Shown here: positions 23,860 through 37,568 of the stretch, piece by piece | Layout of the letters: each line of letters opens with the position of its first letter | How positions within the stretch are numbered: position 1 is the stretch's first letter | NCBI RefSeq assembly: GCF_006345805.1 | Contig: NC_043026.1 | Span: forward strand, 13,433,579 to 13,497,578 | Direction: 5' to 3' | Origin: Octopus sinensis | Lineage: Eukaryota | DNA: 64,000 bases | Made by a program: the position numbers and the translations under genes | Notes under the pieces: generated by a model | Databases searched by the model: none | What the model was told of the DNA's origin: nothing | What the model saw: the letters and a program-made list of their open reading frames with translations, nothing else

Positions 23860-24756
23860 TCTCTTTTACTTGTTTCAGTCATTTGACTGTGGCTATGCTG
23901 GAGCACTGCCTTTAGTTGAGCAAATCGACCCCAAGACTTATTCTTTGGAAGCCTAGCACTTATTCTATCCGTCTCTTTTGCCGAACCACTAAGTTACGGG
24001 GATGTAAACACACCAGCATCGGTTGTCAAGCAATGTTGGGGGACAAACAAACATATATACACACATACATATAATATATATATATATATATTTAGAAATA
24101 GCAGCCAAATAGATTACCATTACTATTACTACAAAAATAGTAAATTAATTTGCAACTTGTTGCAAATAACCCTTTATTATAATTATATATAATTTTTACC
24201 GAATATGGTCCTTTCTATACCGAAAAAACTACTAGGTGAAATTTATTAATTTTATTAAATTAATTATATTTCACCCTTTATATGTATCCGGTCTCATAGC
24301 AGCAATTCCACCAAATGATGTCAATGGTCATCTTCGAACCCGAAGGACGAACATCATTATTATATAATAAGATATAGTGTATATTTATATTTATTTATTT
24401 ATATCCTCTTATAATGATTGTACCTATTATATTGTATTGCTCATTCATGTACGCTGTTTTGTTATATATTTTTATGTTTGACTTTAAAGTTTCTTATGTA
24501 GTGGTTCAATAAAGTATGTGATTGGGTATTATCTGGTAGTTGATTAATGATTTAAATGTATTTCTCCATTTTCTGATTTTGTATATATATATATATACGA
24601 TGGGCTTCTTTCAGCTTCCATCTACCAAATACACTCACAAGACATTTGGTCAGCTCGAGGCTATAGTAGAAGATACTTGCCCAAGGTGCTACACAGTGGG
24701 AATGAACCCGGAACCATGTGGTTGGTAAGCAAGCTACTTACCACACAGCCACTCCT
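23860..24756 (-). mobile_element. SINE family A split at its central (TA)n by a ~500-bp AT-rich insert (~24092-24585)
   Basis: 3' half at 23860-24060 and head at 24596-24756. Confidence 0.75.
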
Positions 24757-25339
24757 TTCAGTTTTTCTAATGGAGCCTTTCACAATACCTTAAAACCAGG
24801 AACTTTTCAGCCCTCCCCCATATGTATGTATGTGTAATGCAAACATTCAAACATTGCTATTAACTTTCCAAATCCCGCTGCATTTTTACATGGAATTTCT
24901 TTGATCCTCCAAAGTCGTCTTGGTGCATGGGTCGACTTACCTTTGTCGGCTGTAGATGTTGGTCTTCAAAAAAATTCCACATGTGTACCGGAGAATGTTG
25001 TGCATGCATACATGTGTGTGAATGCCCACATGAAAAAAAACATGGTTGGTTGGTGAACGGGATTGTAATATATTACAAAGGGCAGATATCTGCCTGGGGA
25101 GGGATTACATGGAAACAAACGCAAGCGGAAGGGACACACACACAAAAAAAAAATACCATGCAAAAACAATTATACACATGTATATACACATACAGATATT
25201 TATGTGTATACATACACAGGTATATTAAATATATATATATATCTTTTAGGGCTTTTTTTTTCAAATTTTATTTTTAATATTTTTTTCATAGTTTAGCATT
25301 ATATATAAAAAGCAAATTTATAATATATTTATTTGTGTG

Positions 25340-25353
25340 TTCATATATATGTA

Positions 25354-25387
<34 letters not shown>

Positions 25388-25493
25388 TGTAAGTCCATCT
25401 GTCTATAAGTTCAGGCATGGTTAGGTGTATAGCATGTAATATGTGTGTGTGCATGCGAGCATGTATATGTGTGAATATATATATATATGTATA

Positions 25494-25524
<31 letters not shown>

Positions 25525-25582
25525 ATATATATGTATGTATATATATATATAATGCATATATATGTATATATATATTATATGT

Positions 25583-25613
<31 letters not shown>

Positions 25614-25927
25614 GTATAGTAATATAATATGTATATGTATATATATATATGTATTGTTATATATATATATGTGTATATTATGTATGTATATTATATATAA
25701 TATATATATATATGTATATATATGTATTATATATATATGTATATGTATATTATATGTATATGTATAATATATATGGTATATGATAATATATATATATATG
25801 TATATATATATGTATATTATTATGTATATGTTATATTATATTATATATGTATTATATATATATATGTATATATATGTATATATATGATATATATATATAT
25901 GTATATATATATATTATATATGTATAT

Positions 25928-25961
<34 letters not shown>

Positions 25962-26087
25962 ATATGTGTAATATATATATATATTATATATATATTATAT
26001 GTTATATATAGTATATATATATATGTATAATATATATATATATGTATGTATATATATATGTATATATATGTATATATATGTATATAT

Positions 26088-26159
<72 letters not shown>

Positions 26160-26184
26160 AATGTATGTATATATATATATATAT

Positions 26185-26219
<35 letters not shown>

Positions 26220-26307
26220 ATATGTATGTTATATATATATATATGTATGTATATATATATCTATGTAATATATATGTATATATATATGCATATATATGTT
26301 ATATATA

Positions 26308-26347
<40 letters not shown>

Positions 26348-26418
26348 GTATATATATATGTATATGTATATATATATATGTATATGTATATATATATATA
26401 TGTATATATATGTATGTA

Positions 26419-26451
<33 letters not shown>

Positions 26452-26617
26452 AGTATATATATATATGTATATGTATTATATATGTATAATATCTATATAT
26501 ATGTATATTATATTATATATATATGTATATATATGTAATATATATATAGTATATGTATCTATATATATATATGTATGTATATATATCATATGTATATATA
26601 TGTATATATATGTATAT

Positions 26618-26665
<48 letters not shown>

Positions 26666-26698
26666 GTATATGTATATTATATTATATATAATGTATGA

Positions 26699-26729
<31 letters not shown>

Positions 26730-27270
26730 GTATATATTATATATATTTATATGTATGTATATATATATATATGTATGTATTATATATCTATGTATATATA
26801 TATGTATATATATATGCATATATACACACACGCATGCGTAAATATGAATTGTATATATGTTTGAGTGTATATATATATTTGTATAGCGTATATGTGCGTA
26901 CATAGTGTATAAGTATGTTTTAACAGGATATATGTGTACGTGTGTAGACAGTTCGCGTATGCGAATAAGAATGTACTTCCATGGGTGTATGTGTATGTAT
27001 GTATGTGCAGGTGTATTCATGCATGCGTCTATGTTGCAACTGGTTTTGCATCTTCCAAAAAACGCAATTCAATAAAATTTCTCTTTTTTTTTTTTAAAAT
27101 CATTTTTTTTTAATTACCATAATCCTCCTTAATGACCAACACGCACCGTCGCCGTTTTCATCTTCATCATTTGTTCCTTATCGACATGCATGTATTATAT
27201 ATGTATGTATAAATATATATATATATATATATATGCATGTATGTTGTGTGTAAATATATATATATATGTA

Positions 27271-27314
<44 letters not shown>

Positions 27315-27508
27315 TGTATGTGTTTATATATATATACATATATATACTCACACACACACATGTGCGTATATGAGTGTTTATATATATATATATATAACAC
27401 ACACACACACACATATATGTGCGTATATGAGTTAATATATATATATATATATATATATATCTATATATATGTATGTAAGTCTTATATAAATACAAATGTA
27501 TGAATGAA

Positions 27509-27543
<35 letters not shown>

Positions 27544-27720
27544 CACACACGTGTGTGCAAACTTAAATACAAAGATTTATATATATATATATATATCTAT
27601 ATATATACTCACACAACATATACATACAGCTTTAATTCCATAAACAAATTTTATATATATATAATATAAACACACATATATACTTATATATATATATTAC
27701 ATATTTTTCATTCCATCATT
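25340..27720. repeat. Very long compound (TA)/(TATG)/(TG) microsatellite field, possibly within the gene's 3' UTR
   Basis: Visible low-complexity sequence, with a short unique island at ~26900-27190. All ORFs here are Y/I/M/C/V artefacts. Confidence 0.9.
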
Positions 27721-28316
27721 ATCATTAATAACATAACGTTAACCTTATTTTTTCTTTTTTTTTTTATTTTTTTCTAGGAAGAAGAAGAAGAGGAGAAGGA
27801 GGAGAGGATTTCAAGTTTGCATTTTGGTTTTTTTTCCCTTTCTTTTTTTTTTTTTTTTTTTTTTTTTGTGCCTGTTTTCTTTTTTTTTAAAATTTTCTTC
27901 CTTTTTTATCGTCCGTCCCGTTCAAATCGGTCAAGCGAAATTCGCCGAACCTAAAAAACACAATTTTTTCTTACCAACAACTGGTCAACAGAGAGAAAAA
28001 GGAGGTGGGGGCCAGTGGGGTGGGGGAGGAAAAAAAAAAAAAAAAAAAAACTAAAACCCCATCAAAAATTTCTTTCAACCGTTTCCATCCTGTTCCTTTG
28101 ATTTCCGTTGATTTCCGATCTTCATATTTTCTGCAAGCAAGCATTTTTTTTTTTTTTTAGTTTGTTTAATCTTTTTCTTTCTTTTTTTCCTCCACCAAAA
28201 ACAACAACACCACCATCGTCGTCATCATTACCATCACCACCGCATACCACTTCCTTCCTCCAACCTCTTCGCCTTCCTCCAGCCTCTGCCCGCTCCTCCT
28301 GCGCCTCCTCCTCCCC

Positions 28317-28746
28317 CTACATTATCGTACAGCACTTCTTCTGTTTCTTCTTCTCCTTCAGCGCCGCCGCCTCACGTGTGTCTGTCGCGGCCGTGCCAGC
28401 GGTGTCAGCGCGCCCATCGTCCTGGCTGGCCTGCGGAGAGGCGGGTCCCTCGGGGGCCTCGCACTCTGCTGTCTTCGCCGACTCAGCCTCCAACGGCACC
28501 TCCTCCACCTTGCCGTTCTCTTGAACCCCCTCCACGGCGGCGTTGCTTATCAGCGAAGCGTCGCCTCCTGGTGCTGCCGCCTGCTTCTTCTTCCTCTGAG
28601 CCTCCTCCTCAGCGGCTGCCTTTTTCTTCTTCTCCTCCTCGTTGAGGATGAAGCGGTCCCTTACGATGGTCGCCCGCTTCAAAATGTCATCTGTGTCGAT
28701 GCTCAGTTCACCTCCTGGAACAAACGGATTGTCCCGACTCTCAAGA
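28317..28746 (-). CDS. Terminal coding exon of an uncharacterised acidic, prenylated (CaaX) protein
   Basis: Acceptor ttttctctttttcag (AG at 28748-28747). Reads (t)LESRDNPFVPGGELSIDTDDILKRATIVRDRFILNEEEKKKK...KEKKKQKKCCTIM*, with TAG at 28319-28317. It is a GC-rich non-repetitive island. Confidence 0.88.
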
Positions 28747-28934
28747 CTGAAAAAGAGAAAAAAAAAAATATAAGTAAGAAATTAAAAAAACAACAAAAAA
28801 AAACCAAACAAAACAAGCATAAAAACAGAAAAAAAAAGAGCAAAATGGTCATATCACGGTTTGCTTCCCAACCACACGTTTCTGGGTTCAGTTCCACCGT
28901 GTGACACCTTGGGCAAGGGTCTTCAACTTGAGAA

Positions 28935-29303
28935 AACCAACGCCGGGTCATATTGCTAGTGCATGCATATACAGCAGCGTGCGTGCACACATACACGCGA
29001 GTACTGTCCAAATATCCGACCACTCACATACAGCTAGCTGGCATTCAATTGGCGTATCAAGTTTCGGGCATTTTGATTGGGTTTTGGATAGAAAATTCAC
29101 AAAAAAGTCACTTCTATTGATTTTTAATGGCTTTGCAGGGTGACTGGGAAAATGTAAAGATGTGCACGACCACCCTTGGACGGTTTTGAATGACCATAGA
29201 AAGTGCAAGCCCTCTAACTGAAAAATTGTGGATTTGTATAAAGGACATGCACACACACACACACACATAGACAGACAGACATTTTGCCGTTTATATATAG
29301 AGA
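28935..29303. mobile_element. Helitron-like fragments
   Basis: 3'-end motif aacgccgggtcatattgctag|t on + (ends 28959). 5'-end TCTCTATATATAAACGG plus (TCTG)n on - (starts 29303). Confidence 0.5.
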
Positions 29304-29505
29304 TAATGCTTATAGGATGAAAATTAAAGGAAAAGAACAGTATTTTACTTAACAGATTCAGGTACAAATTAATACAAACTAACAGGACCTGTGAATATTT
29401 CACAGAATTAATATTAAACTTAATGGGTTATCCTTGGAAACTTTAATCAAAAAGCCTGAAAGTGTATCCTGTATTGTGTCTGTACCAAAAGACAGTCGCT
29501 CATTG

Positions 29506-29922
29506 GATCTTTTCGGTTTGAACGGCAGTTTTTAACAATTTCTAGGTAACTAAAAAATTTTAAACTTCGTATACTGGTAGAATGTGCTTATAAAACATCT
29601 TTTCTCTTGGCTTTATTGAGAAAATTCTATGGTTTGTAAGATATTTGTTGTTGTTTTTTCTTCAATTTCTGCAATTTCAACCAATCAATGACGTCTATTG
29701 AGGTAAAAAAAACATTCTGTGCCATATGAATATGTCCCTCGTTTAAGAAACAGATTGGGTTTATTTACATTTGTGAAGAAAAAAAAGATACCCTTCCCTC
29801 CACCCCCTAACCCTAACCCTAAAACAGATTGAAATGCAATAGATCGATACTAGGGTCATAATTATGGGTGACAATTTCATATGACACCGCTAGAAAAAAC
29901 TGCCGTTCAAACCGAAAAGATC
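29506..29922. mobile_element. 417-bp MITE with 28-bp perfect TIRs and internal (CCCTAA)n; inverted truncated copy at ~60008-60380
   Basis: gatcttttcggtttgaacggcagttttt / aaaaactgccgttcaaaccgaaaagatc. ccctaaccctaaccctaa at ~29805-29822. Confidence 0.85.
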
Positions 29923-30171
29923 TCACTCATCTGCTAATCATTGAACAGTGAAGGAAATTGGAATATGATGATTATTTAATGCACTTCATATGTACATTTT
30001 ATATACTTTATACACAGTACTCCGCGTCCTCTGCTACATTTTTTGTTAATCACTCATTCTCATTTAATTTTATATATTTTAATTGTTTGTTTATTCGTAT
30101 GTTTCGTCTCATTCGATACCCTGACCCCAACGTTTGTTTTGTCTGTCCCCGTATTGTCCTCTCTTTTTCTC

Positions 30172-31600
30172 AACACAGAGAGGACAAACAAGGACAGACA
30201 AATGGATTAAGTCGATTATATTGCCCCCAGTTCGTAACTGGTACTTAATTTATCGACCCCTAAAGGATGAAAGGCGAAGTCGACCTCGGCGGAATTTGAA
30301 CTCAGAACGTAAAGACAGACGAAATACCTATTTCTTTACTACCCACAAGGGGCTAAACATAGAGGGGACAAACAAGGACAGACAAATAGATTAAGTCGAT
30401 TATATCGACCCCAGTTCGTAACTGGTACTTAATTTATCGACCCCTAAAGGATGAAAGGCGAAATCAACCTCGGCGGAATTTGAACTCAGAACGTAAAGAC
30501 AGACGAAAATACCGCTAAGCATTTCACCTGGTATGCTAACGATTCTGCCAGTTCACTGATTTTTATTTACAGGATATTGCATGAAATAGCATAGTATTCC
30601 TTGATATCTTGGAAGTCTAGTACAGTAAGTATGAAAAGCCAAATTTAGTAATTTCTGCAGTAGGCACATGGAGAAGATAAAGGAGATTTTGAATTCAGGT
30701 GCAAGCGTGGTGGTGGAGTTTTTTTTTTTTTTTAAGTTTGCTTCTCAAGCATCTGGTTTTTGGGCTCTGCCCCACATTTTGATACATTGAGCAAGTATCT
30801 TCTCTTCTATGATAGCCCTGGTTCAACAAAAACATTGAGAGTGGATTTAATAGACGGAAACTAAAAGGAGCTCAATACTTGTTTTATTGGTCTCTTATCC
30901 TAAACAGCTAGGCGCAGGAGTGGCTGTGTGGTAAGTAGCTTGCTTACCAACCACATGGTTCCGGGTTCAGTTCCACTGCGTGGCACCTTGGGCAAGTGTC
31001 TTCTGTTATAGCCCTGGGCCGACCAAAGCCTTGTGAGTGGATTTGGTAGACGGAAACTGAAAGAAGCCCGTCATATATATGTATATATATGTATGTGTGC
31101 GTGTATGTTTGTGTGTCTGTGTTTGTCCCCCTAGCATTGCTTGACAACCAATGCTGGTGTGTTTACGTCCCCGTAACTTAGCGGTTTGGCAAAAGAGACC
31201 GATAGAATAAGTACTGGGCTTCCAAAGAATAAGTCCCGGTGTCGATTTGCTCGACTAAAGGCGGTGCTCCAGCATGGCCGCAGTCAAATGCCTGAAACAA
31301 GTAAAAGAGTAAAGAGTAAAAAGCACCATCCGAATGTGGCCGATTCCAGCGCCGCTTTGACTGGCTTCTGTGCCGGTGACACGTAAAAAGCACTAACCGA
31401 TCGTGGCCGCTGCCAGCCTCGTCTGGCATGTAAAAAGCACCCACTACAAAATGGAGTGGTTGGCGTTAGGAAGGGCATCCAGCTGTAGAAACACTGCCAG
31501 ATCAGACTAGAGCCTGGTGCAGCCTTCTGGCTTCCCAGACCCCGGTCGAACCGCCCAACCCATGCTAGCACGGAAAACGGACGTTAAACGATGAATAATA
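30172..31600. mobile_element. SINE B tandem (30172-30556, -), SINE A (30911-31320, +) and an abutting RTE 3' tail (31321-31600, +)
   Basis: Sequence match to family members elsewhere in the window. Confidence 0.85.
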
Positions 31601-31624
31601 GTAATAATAATGATAATAATAAAT

Positions 31625-32040
31625 GCCCTGATGCAGTACCAGGCAGTGGCTCTCATGGCTTCTGATCTTAACTGATTGGAAGTGTTATCATGTACATTGT
31701 TTTGTCTTGGTATAAAAGATGGCCTACAGCAAATATTCTGCTCAATACCACAGATTTGCTTGTCAGTTGTTTGACCGTAACCAGTTGAGCATGTCCCTTA
31801 GTGGCTGATGATATGTGCATCTCTGATCACGATCAGAAGTAGTGGGGGAGCATCATAGCCGTGTGTTGAAAGGGATTTTTAGAGGGTGGGATAATTCACC
31901 TTTGGAAACATGGGTGGTTTGTTCAACATACTCAAACAATCCTTATTCAGAGACCTTTTGGGCTACTTGACCAGAAGAAAATTCTAACTGGACCCCATCT
32001 GCAAGGTCATGCGCTGTTTATCTTGATATGAGATCACTAT
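31625..32040. repeat. Unclassified interspersed repeat (diverged partial copy at ~60790-61010)
   Basis: Shared blocks such as cagttg.ttgac..taacca.ttgagcatgt and tctctgat.a.ga.cag.agtagt.ggg.agca.cata.cc. Confidence 0.55.
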
Positions 32041-32044
32041 GTCG

Positions 32045-32759
32045 CGCACATATATAAATACATACATACACATATATAAATACATACATACACATATATA
32101 AATACATACATACATATATATAAATACATACATACATAAATACATAAATACATACATACATAAATACATAAATACATACATACATAAATACATAAATACA
32201 TACATACATAAATACATACATACATAAATACATAAATACATACATATATATATAAATACATATATATATATATAAATACATACATATATATATAAATACA
32301 TACATATATATAAATACATACATACATACACATATAAATACATACATAAACACACACACACATAAATACATACATACATACATACACAAATACTTACATA
32401 CATACACATATAAATACATATATATATAAATACATACATAAACCACACACACACACACATATAAATACATACATAAACACACACACACACGCATACAAGC
32501 AAATGAGAAATTGGGTGGGGTGAAATATCAGCTGATTCCCAATGATTGCTACATGCATTGAGTATGTCCTCTACGTTCATAAATGTAAAAATCTGTATAC
32601 ACACACACACACACAGCTGTTATTTATTTCTGTATGTATACACCACACATATATTAATTATTAGGTGGGGATTTTCTCATTCTTTCTGAATAGTTAATGC
32701 AGACCAGATTTGGTCTGATATTTCAAAGTAGAAATATTTTAAACAAACACAAGTATATA

Positions 32760-32835
<76 letters not shown>

Positions 32836-34020
32836 TGTGTATATCATGTGTATATATATATATATATGTATGTGTATATATATATATATGTATGCATGTG
32901 TATATATATATATATATGTATGCATGTGTATATATATATATGTATGCATGTGTATGTATATATATGTATACATGTGTATATATATATATATATGTATGTA
33001 TGTGTATATATATAGATATGTATGTATGTGTATATATATATATATGTATGTATGTGTATATATATGTATGTATGTGTATATATATGTGTATATATACATA
33101 TATATATGTATGTATGTGAATATATATGTATGTATATATACATATGTATATACATATACATATATATATACATACATATATACATACACACACACACGCA
33201 ATCATTACCTACTCACAGGCACGCATGTCATTTGTACACAAAGAAAAATTCCTTTCAAAGATGAAAATATTTTTTTCATGTCAAAGAAATCACAAACATA
33301 AAAGTACATAACAATGTCAACAAGGACGATGATGACGGGTGGGGGGGTTGATGCTGAAGGTGGCAGCGGTGTTGATGACGGCGGTGGTATTCGACGGGGG
33401 AAGATGATACCTGTAAAGATGAGCAAGATGGTAGTGATGAGGACAACGATTATGATGGTGATGGTCATGGCGGTGGGTTATGATGATGATGATGATGATG
33501 ATGAAGCTGCTGCTGTTGGTGATGAAATGATGAAAATGTAGATCACGATGAAGGTGGTGGTGGTGTTGGTGATGGTGGTGAGTGCGATGGTGGTGATGGC
33601 GGTGGTGATGGTGGTGGTGATGGTGAGTGTGATGGTGGTGATGATGGTGGTGGTAGTGATGATAGTGGTGGTGATGGTAGTGGTGAGTGCGATGGTGGTG
33701 ATGGCGTGGTGATGGTGGTGGTGATGGTGAGTGTGATGGTGGTGATGATGGTGGTGGTAGTGATGGTGGTGATGGTGGTGGTGATGGCAATGGTGGTGAT
33801 GATGGTGGTAGTGATGATAGTGGTGGTGATGGTAGTGGTGAGTGCGATGGTGGTGATGGCGGTGGTGATGGTGATGATGGTGGTGGTAGTGATAGTGGTG
33901 ATGATGGTGGTTGTGGTGATGGTAGTGGTGGTGGTGGTGATGGTGGTGGTAGTGATGGTGTTAATACTATTGATGATTGATGAGGAATGCGGTAGTGTTG
34001 ATGATGATGATGAATTTGAC
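32045..34020. repeat. Microsatellite fields: (TACA)/(TA) at 32045-33200 and (GGT/GAT) at 33420-34020
   Basis: Visible low complexity. Confidence 0.9.
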
Positions 34021-34397
34021 TGATAAAATAAACCCCCCCCACACACACAAAAAAACCCCACAAAAAAGCATAAAAAAAAAGACAACCATGAATGGAATTC
34101 ACAAAATGAAAATTTCCCAAATATATTTGGTCTACCTCTAGAACACTATCACCTCCACCATCAAAGAAGACCAGCACCACCCCAAGCCAACAAGGGAGAC
34201 CCTATGTGGTTGCTAAATCTGCTAGAAATAGCAGCCAAATTTCCCTAAACCCAGATCCTGCTGTCATACGTAAGTGTATACATATGTATGAAGCAATGAG
34301 ACTTCTACAGGATAGAAAAATCTGATAGAAATAGCAGCTGAATCTCCCTCAAATCACACTCTCTTATGCATGTATATATGTATATTAAAAGCAATTT

Positions 34398-35855
34398 ATT
34401 CTTTTATTTGTTTCAGTCATTTGACTGCGGCCATGCTGGAGCACCCACCACCTTTAGTTGAACCAATCGACCCCCGGACTTATTCTTCATAAGCCTAGTA
34501 CTTATTCTATCAGTCTCTTTTGCCGAACTGTTAAGTTACTGGGACATAAGCACACCAGCATCGGTTGTCAAGCAATGGTGGGGGGACAAACAGACAAACA
34601 AACTCACACACACTCACATATCTATACATATATACGACGGGCTTCTTTCAGTTTCCGTCTACCAAATCCACTCACAAGGCTTTGGTCTGCCTGAGGCTAT
34701 AGCAGAAGACACTTGCCCAAGGTGCCATGCAGTAGGACTGAACCCGGAACCATGTGGTTGGTAAGCAAGCTACTTACCACACAGCCACTCCTGTAGTGGG
34801 GAAGAACTCTACATCATAGCTAGAAATAACAACCAAATCTCCCTCAAATCACATTCTCTTATGTATATATATTAAAAGCAATGGGGAAGAACTCGACATT
34901 GTAGCTAGAAATAGCAGCCAAATCTCCCTCAAAACACTCCCTGTTTCATAAAAAGAGACACTGGACAATGTAGTTTTTTTTGCAAGGACACAACTGCAGC
35001 AATAAAGATCTTCATAATTGATTAAAAAAAAAAAAACTGTCAATAAATAAGCATTACATTTGACAGTGAAGGTGCGTGGCTCAGTGGTTAGAGCGTTGAG
35101 CTTATGATTGTGAGGTTGTGAGCTCGAATCCCGGACTGGGCTGCGTGTTGTGTTCTTGAGCAAGACACTTTATTTCACGTTGCTCCAGTTCACTCAGCTG
35201 TAGAAATGAGTTGTGACGTCACGGGTGCCAAGCTGTATCGGCCCCTTTGCCTTTCCCTTGGATAACACTGGTGGCATGGAGAGGGGAGGCCGGTATGCAT
35301 GGGCGACTGCTGGTCTTCCATAAAAAAACAACCTTGCCCAGACTTGTGCCTCAGAGGGTAACTTTCTAGGTGCAAGCCCATGGTAAGTGTCGTGACCGAA
35401 GGGGGCCTCAATCAAACATTTGACAGAGTAATCTGAATGCTAAAGGTTAATGTTTTAAACTGGCCAAATCCAGCTTTTTACACTTACCCTACAATGTCAC
35501 TCTAGAAATGAACAATCATATCATTGAAGCCTCAAAGCTATGAGATAATACATGATTAATTCAAAACCATGTGAATAAATAAGCATCTGGCAGAGTAATC
35601 TGAATGCTAAAGGGTTAAACAAAACAACTATACAAGTCCTCAGATATCCTTAAGATGGTCCTCGTCTCTCTGACAGAGGGACGTGATGTCGTTTACTCAT
35701 TTACTTGTTTCAGTCATTTGACTGTGGTCATGCTGTAGCACTGCCTTTTAGTCGAGCAAATCGACTCCAGGACTTATTCTTTGTAAGCCAAGTACTTATT
35801 CTATCGGTCTCTTTTGCCAAACCGCTAAGTTACGGGGACGTAAACACACCAGCAT
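34398..35855. mobile_element. SINE A (34398-34793, -), tRNA-derived SINE family C (35068-35412, +) and partial SINE A (35695-35855, -)
   Basis: Family C head gcgtggctcagtggttagagcg...gagctcgaatccc, followed by ttgagcaagacactttatttcac.ttgctccag. Other C copies at ~37935, 38650, 39530(-), 45640(-), 46940(-) and 62478(-). Confidence 0.8.
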
Positions 35856-36158
35856 CCCCTTAACTTAGCAGTTCAGCTGAAGAGACCAATAGAATGAGGA
35901 CCAGTCCTAGAAATACTGTGTCTGAAGACATGAGAGGATAGATACGATCGGAAAATTTTGAATCATAGGTTTGCTGGATAAGGACCGACCCTGGGCTAAA
36001 CAACAACAAGGAAGTGCACATTAGATAATGTACTCCTAGATATACTATGCCTTGCTGCAGGTGGGGATGGATGCAGCAGGAAAACTTTGAATCATGCATC
36101 TGCTGGGTTGGGGCTGACCTGAGGCTAACCTACCACTACTACTACTACTACTGCTGCT

Positions 36159-36238
<80 letters not shown>

Positions 36239-36500
36239 GTTGCTGCTACAATCAGTTTACTCCACATCCAACAGACTGATCCATGTCTCTCCACCCTTAA
36301 TGAATTTAATTAATTACACTAAAATGGAATGTAATCTTGATAAATATTTTGATTGAGATTTTGGAAAATGAGCTGTGTGTGTGTGTAGGGTGTTACTGGT
36401 GTAGGAAGTATGCATGGCATGTCGATGTATATGTACACTGCATGTGTGTGTGAGAGAGAGAAAGAAGCGTGTATGAGAGAAGTAGAGCAAGAGAGAGGAA

Positions 36501-36532
<32 letters not shown>

Positions 36533-36699
36533 GTATTTCTGGTGTATAATATGTATGTATGTATGGCATGTTGCTGTATATGTGCACTGCTTGTATGTGT
36601 GAGTGAGAGAGAGAGAGAGAGTGTATGAGAGGAGAGCAAGAGAGAGGAGAGACTGTGTCTATTACTGGTGTATGATATGTATGTATGAGTGAGTGTATG

Positions 36700-36804
36700 T
36701 GAGAGTGAGAGAGAAGGAGAGCAAGAGAGAGAGAGCGAGGAGAGTAAGTGTGTGTCTAATTAATATTAAGTATGTATGAGTGAGTGTATGTTGAAGTGAG
36801 AGAA

Positions 36805-36839
<35 letters not shown>

Positions 36840-37530
36840 ATTGTGTCTATTAATATTTAAGTATGTATGATGAGTGTATGTGAGAGTGGAGAGAGAAGGA
36901 GAGCAAGAGAGAGGAGAGATAGAGTAAGTGTGTGTCTATTAATATTTAAGTATGTATGAGTGAGTGTATGTGAGAGTGAGAGAGAAGGAGAGCAAGAGAG
37001 AGAGAGAGAAGGAGAGCGAGAGAGAGAGAGAGGAGAGTAAGTGTGTGTCTATTAATATTTAAGTATGTATGAGTGAGTGTATGTGAGAGTGAGAGAGAAG
37101 GAGAGCAAGAGAGAGAGAGAGAAGGAGAGCAAGAGAGAGAGAGAGAGGAGAGTAAGTGTGTGTCTATTAATATTTAAGTATGTATGAGTGAGTGTATGTG
37201 AGAGTGCGAGAGAAGGAACAGAGGAGAGAGAGAGAAGGAAGCAAGAGAGAGAGAGAGAGGAGAGTAGTGTGTGTCTATTAATATTTAAGTATGTATGATT
37301 GAGTGTATTGATAGTGAGAGAGAAGGAGAGCAAGAGAAGCAGAGAAGAAGGAAGCAAGAGCGAGAGAGAGGAGAGTAAGTGTGTGTCTATAAGATTTAAT
37401 TATGTATGGGGAGTGAGGAAGTATGAGTGAGTGTTATGTGAGAGGGAGAAGAAGGAGAGCAAGAGAGAGAGAGAAGGAGAACAGAGAGAGAGAGGAGAGT
37501 AAGTGTGTGTCTATTAATATTTAAGTATGT
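36700..37530. repeat. Minisatellite, ~85-125 bp unit with a variable (GA)n spacer
   Basis: gagtaagtgtgtgtctattaatatttaagtatgtatgagtgagtgtatgtgagagtg repeated about 8 times. Confidence 0.9.
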
Positions 37531-37537
37531 ATGAGTG

Positions 37538-37568
<31 letters not shown>

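Noticed and set aside
24280-24360. Possible mitochondrial insert (WPLT-like peptide in the invertebrate mitochondrial code)
   Set aside because: The similarity to cox3 is four residues, and the flanks do not continue it.
25417-27546. Many Y/I/M/C/V-rich ORFs (also at 31984-33311, 50181-51154, 54732-55962, 63103-63882)
   Set aside because: They are translations of TA/TG/TACA microsatellites, which lack stops in some frames.
27763-27768. AATAAA as the gene's polyadenylation signal
   Set aside because: It sits inside a poly(A) run. The transcript's 3' end cannot be placed from sequence alone.
29805-29822. Interstitial telomere or fusion site
   Set aside because: Only three hexamers, and they are internal to a MITE.
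33317-34180. Long Pro/His/Thr/Val-rich ORFs
   Set aside because: They are (GGT/GAT)n in different frames. The acceptor-like tttacag| near 33412 leads to a stop in the required phase and has no donor.
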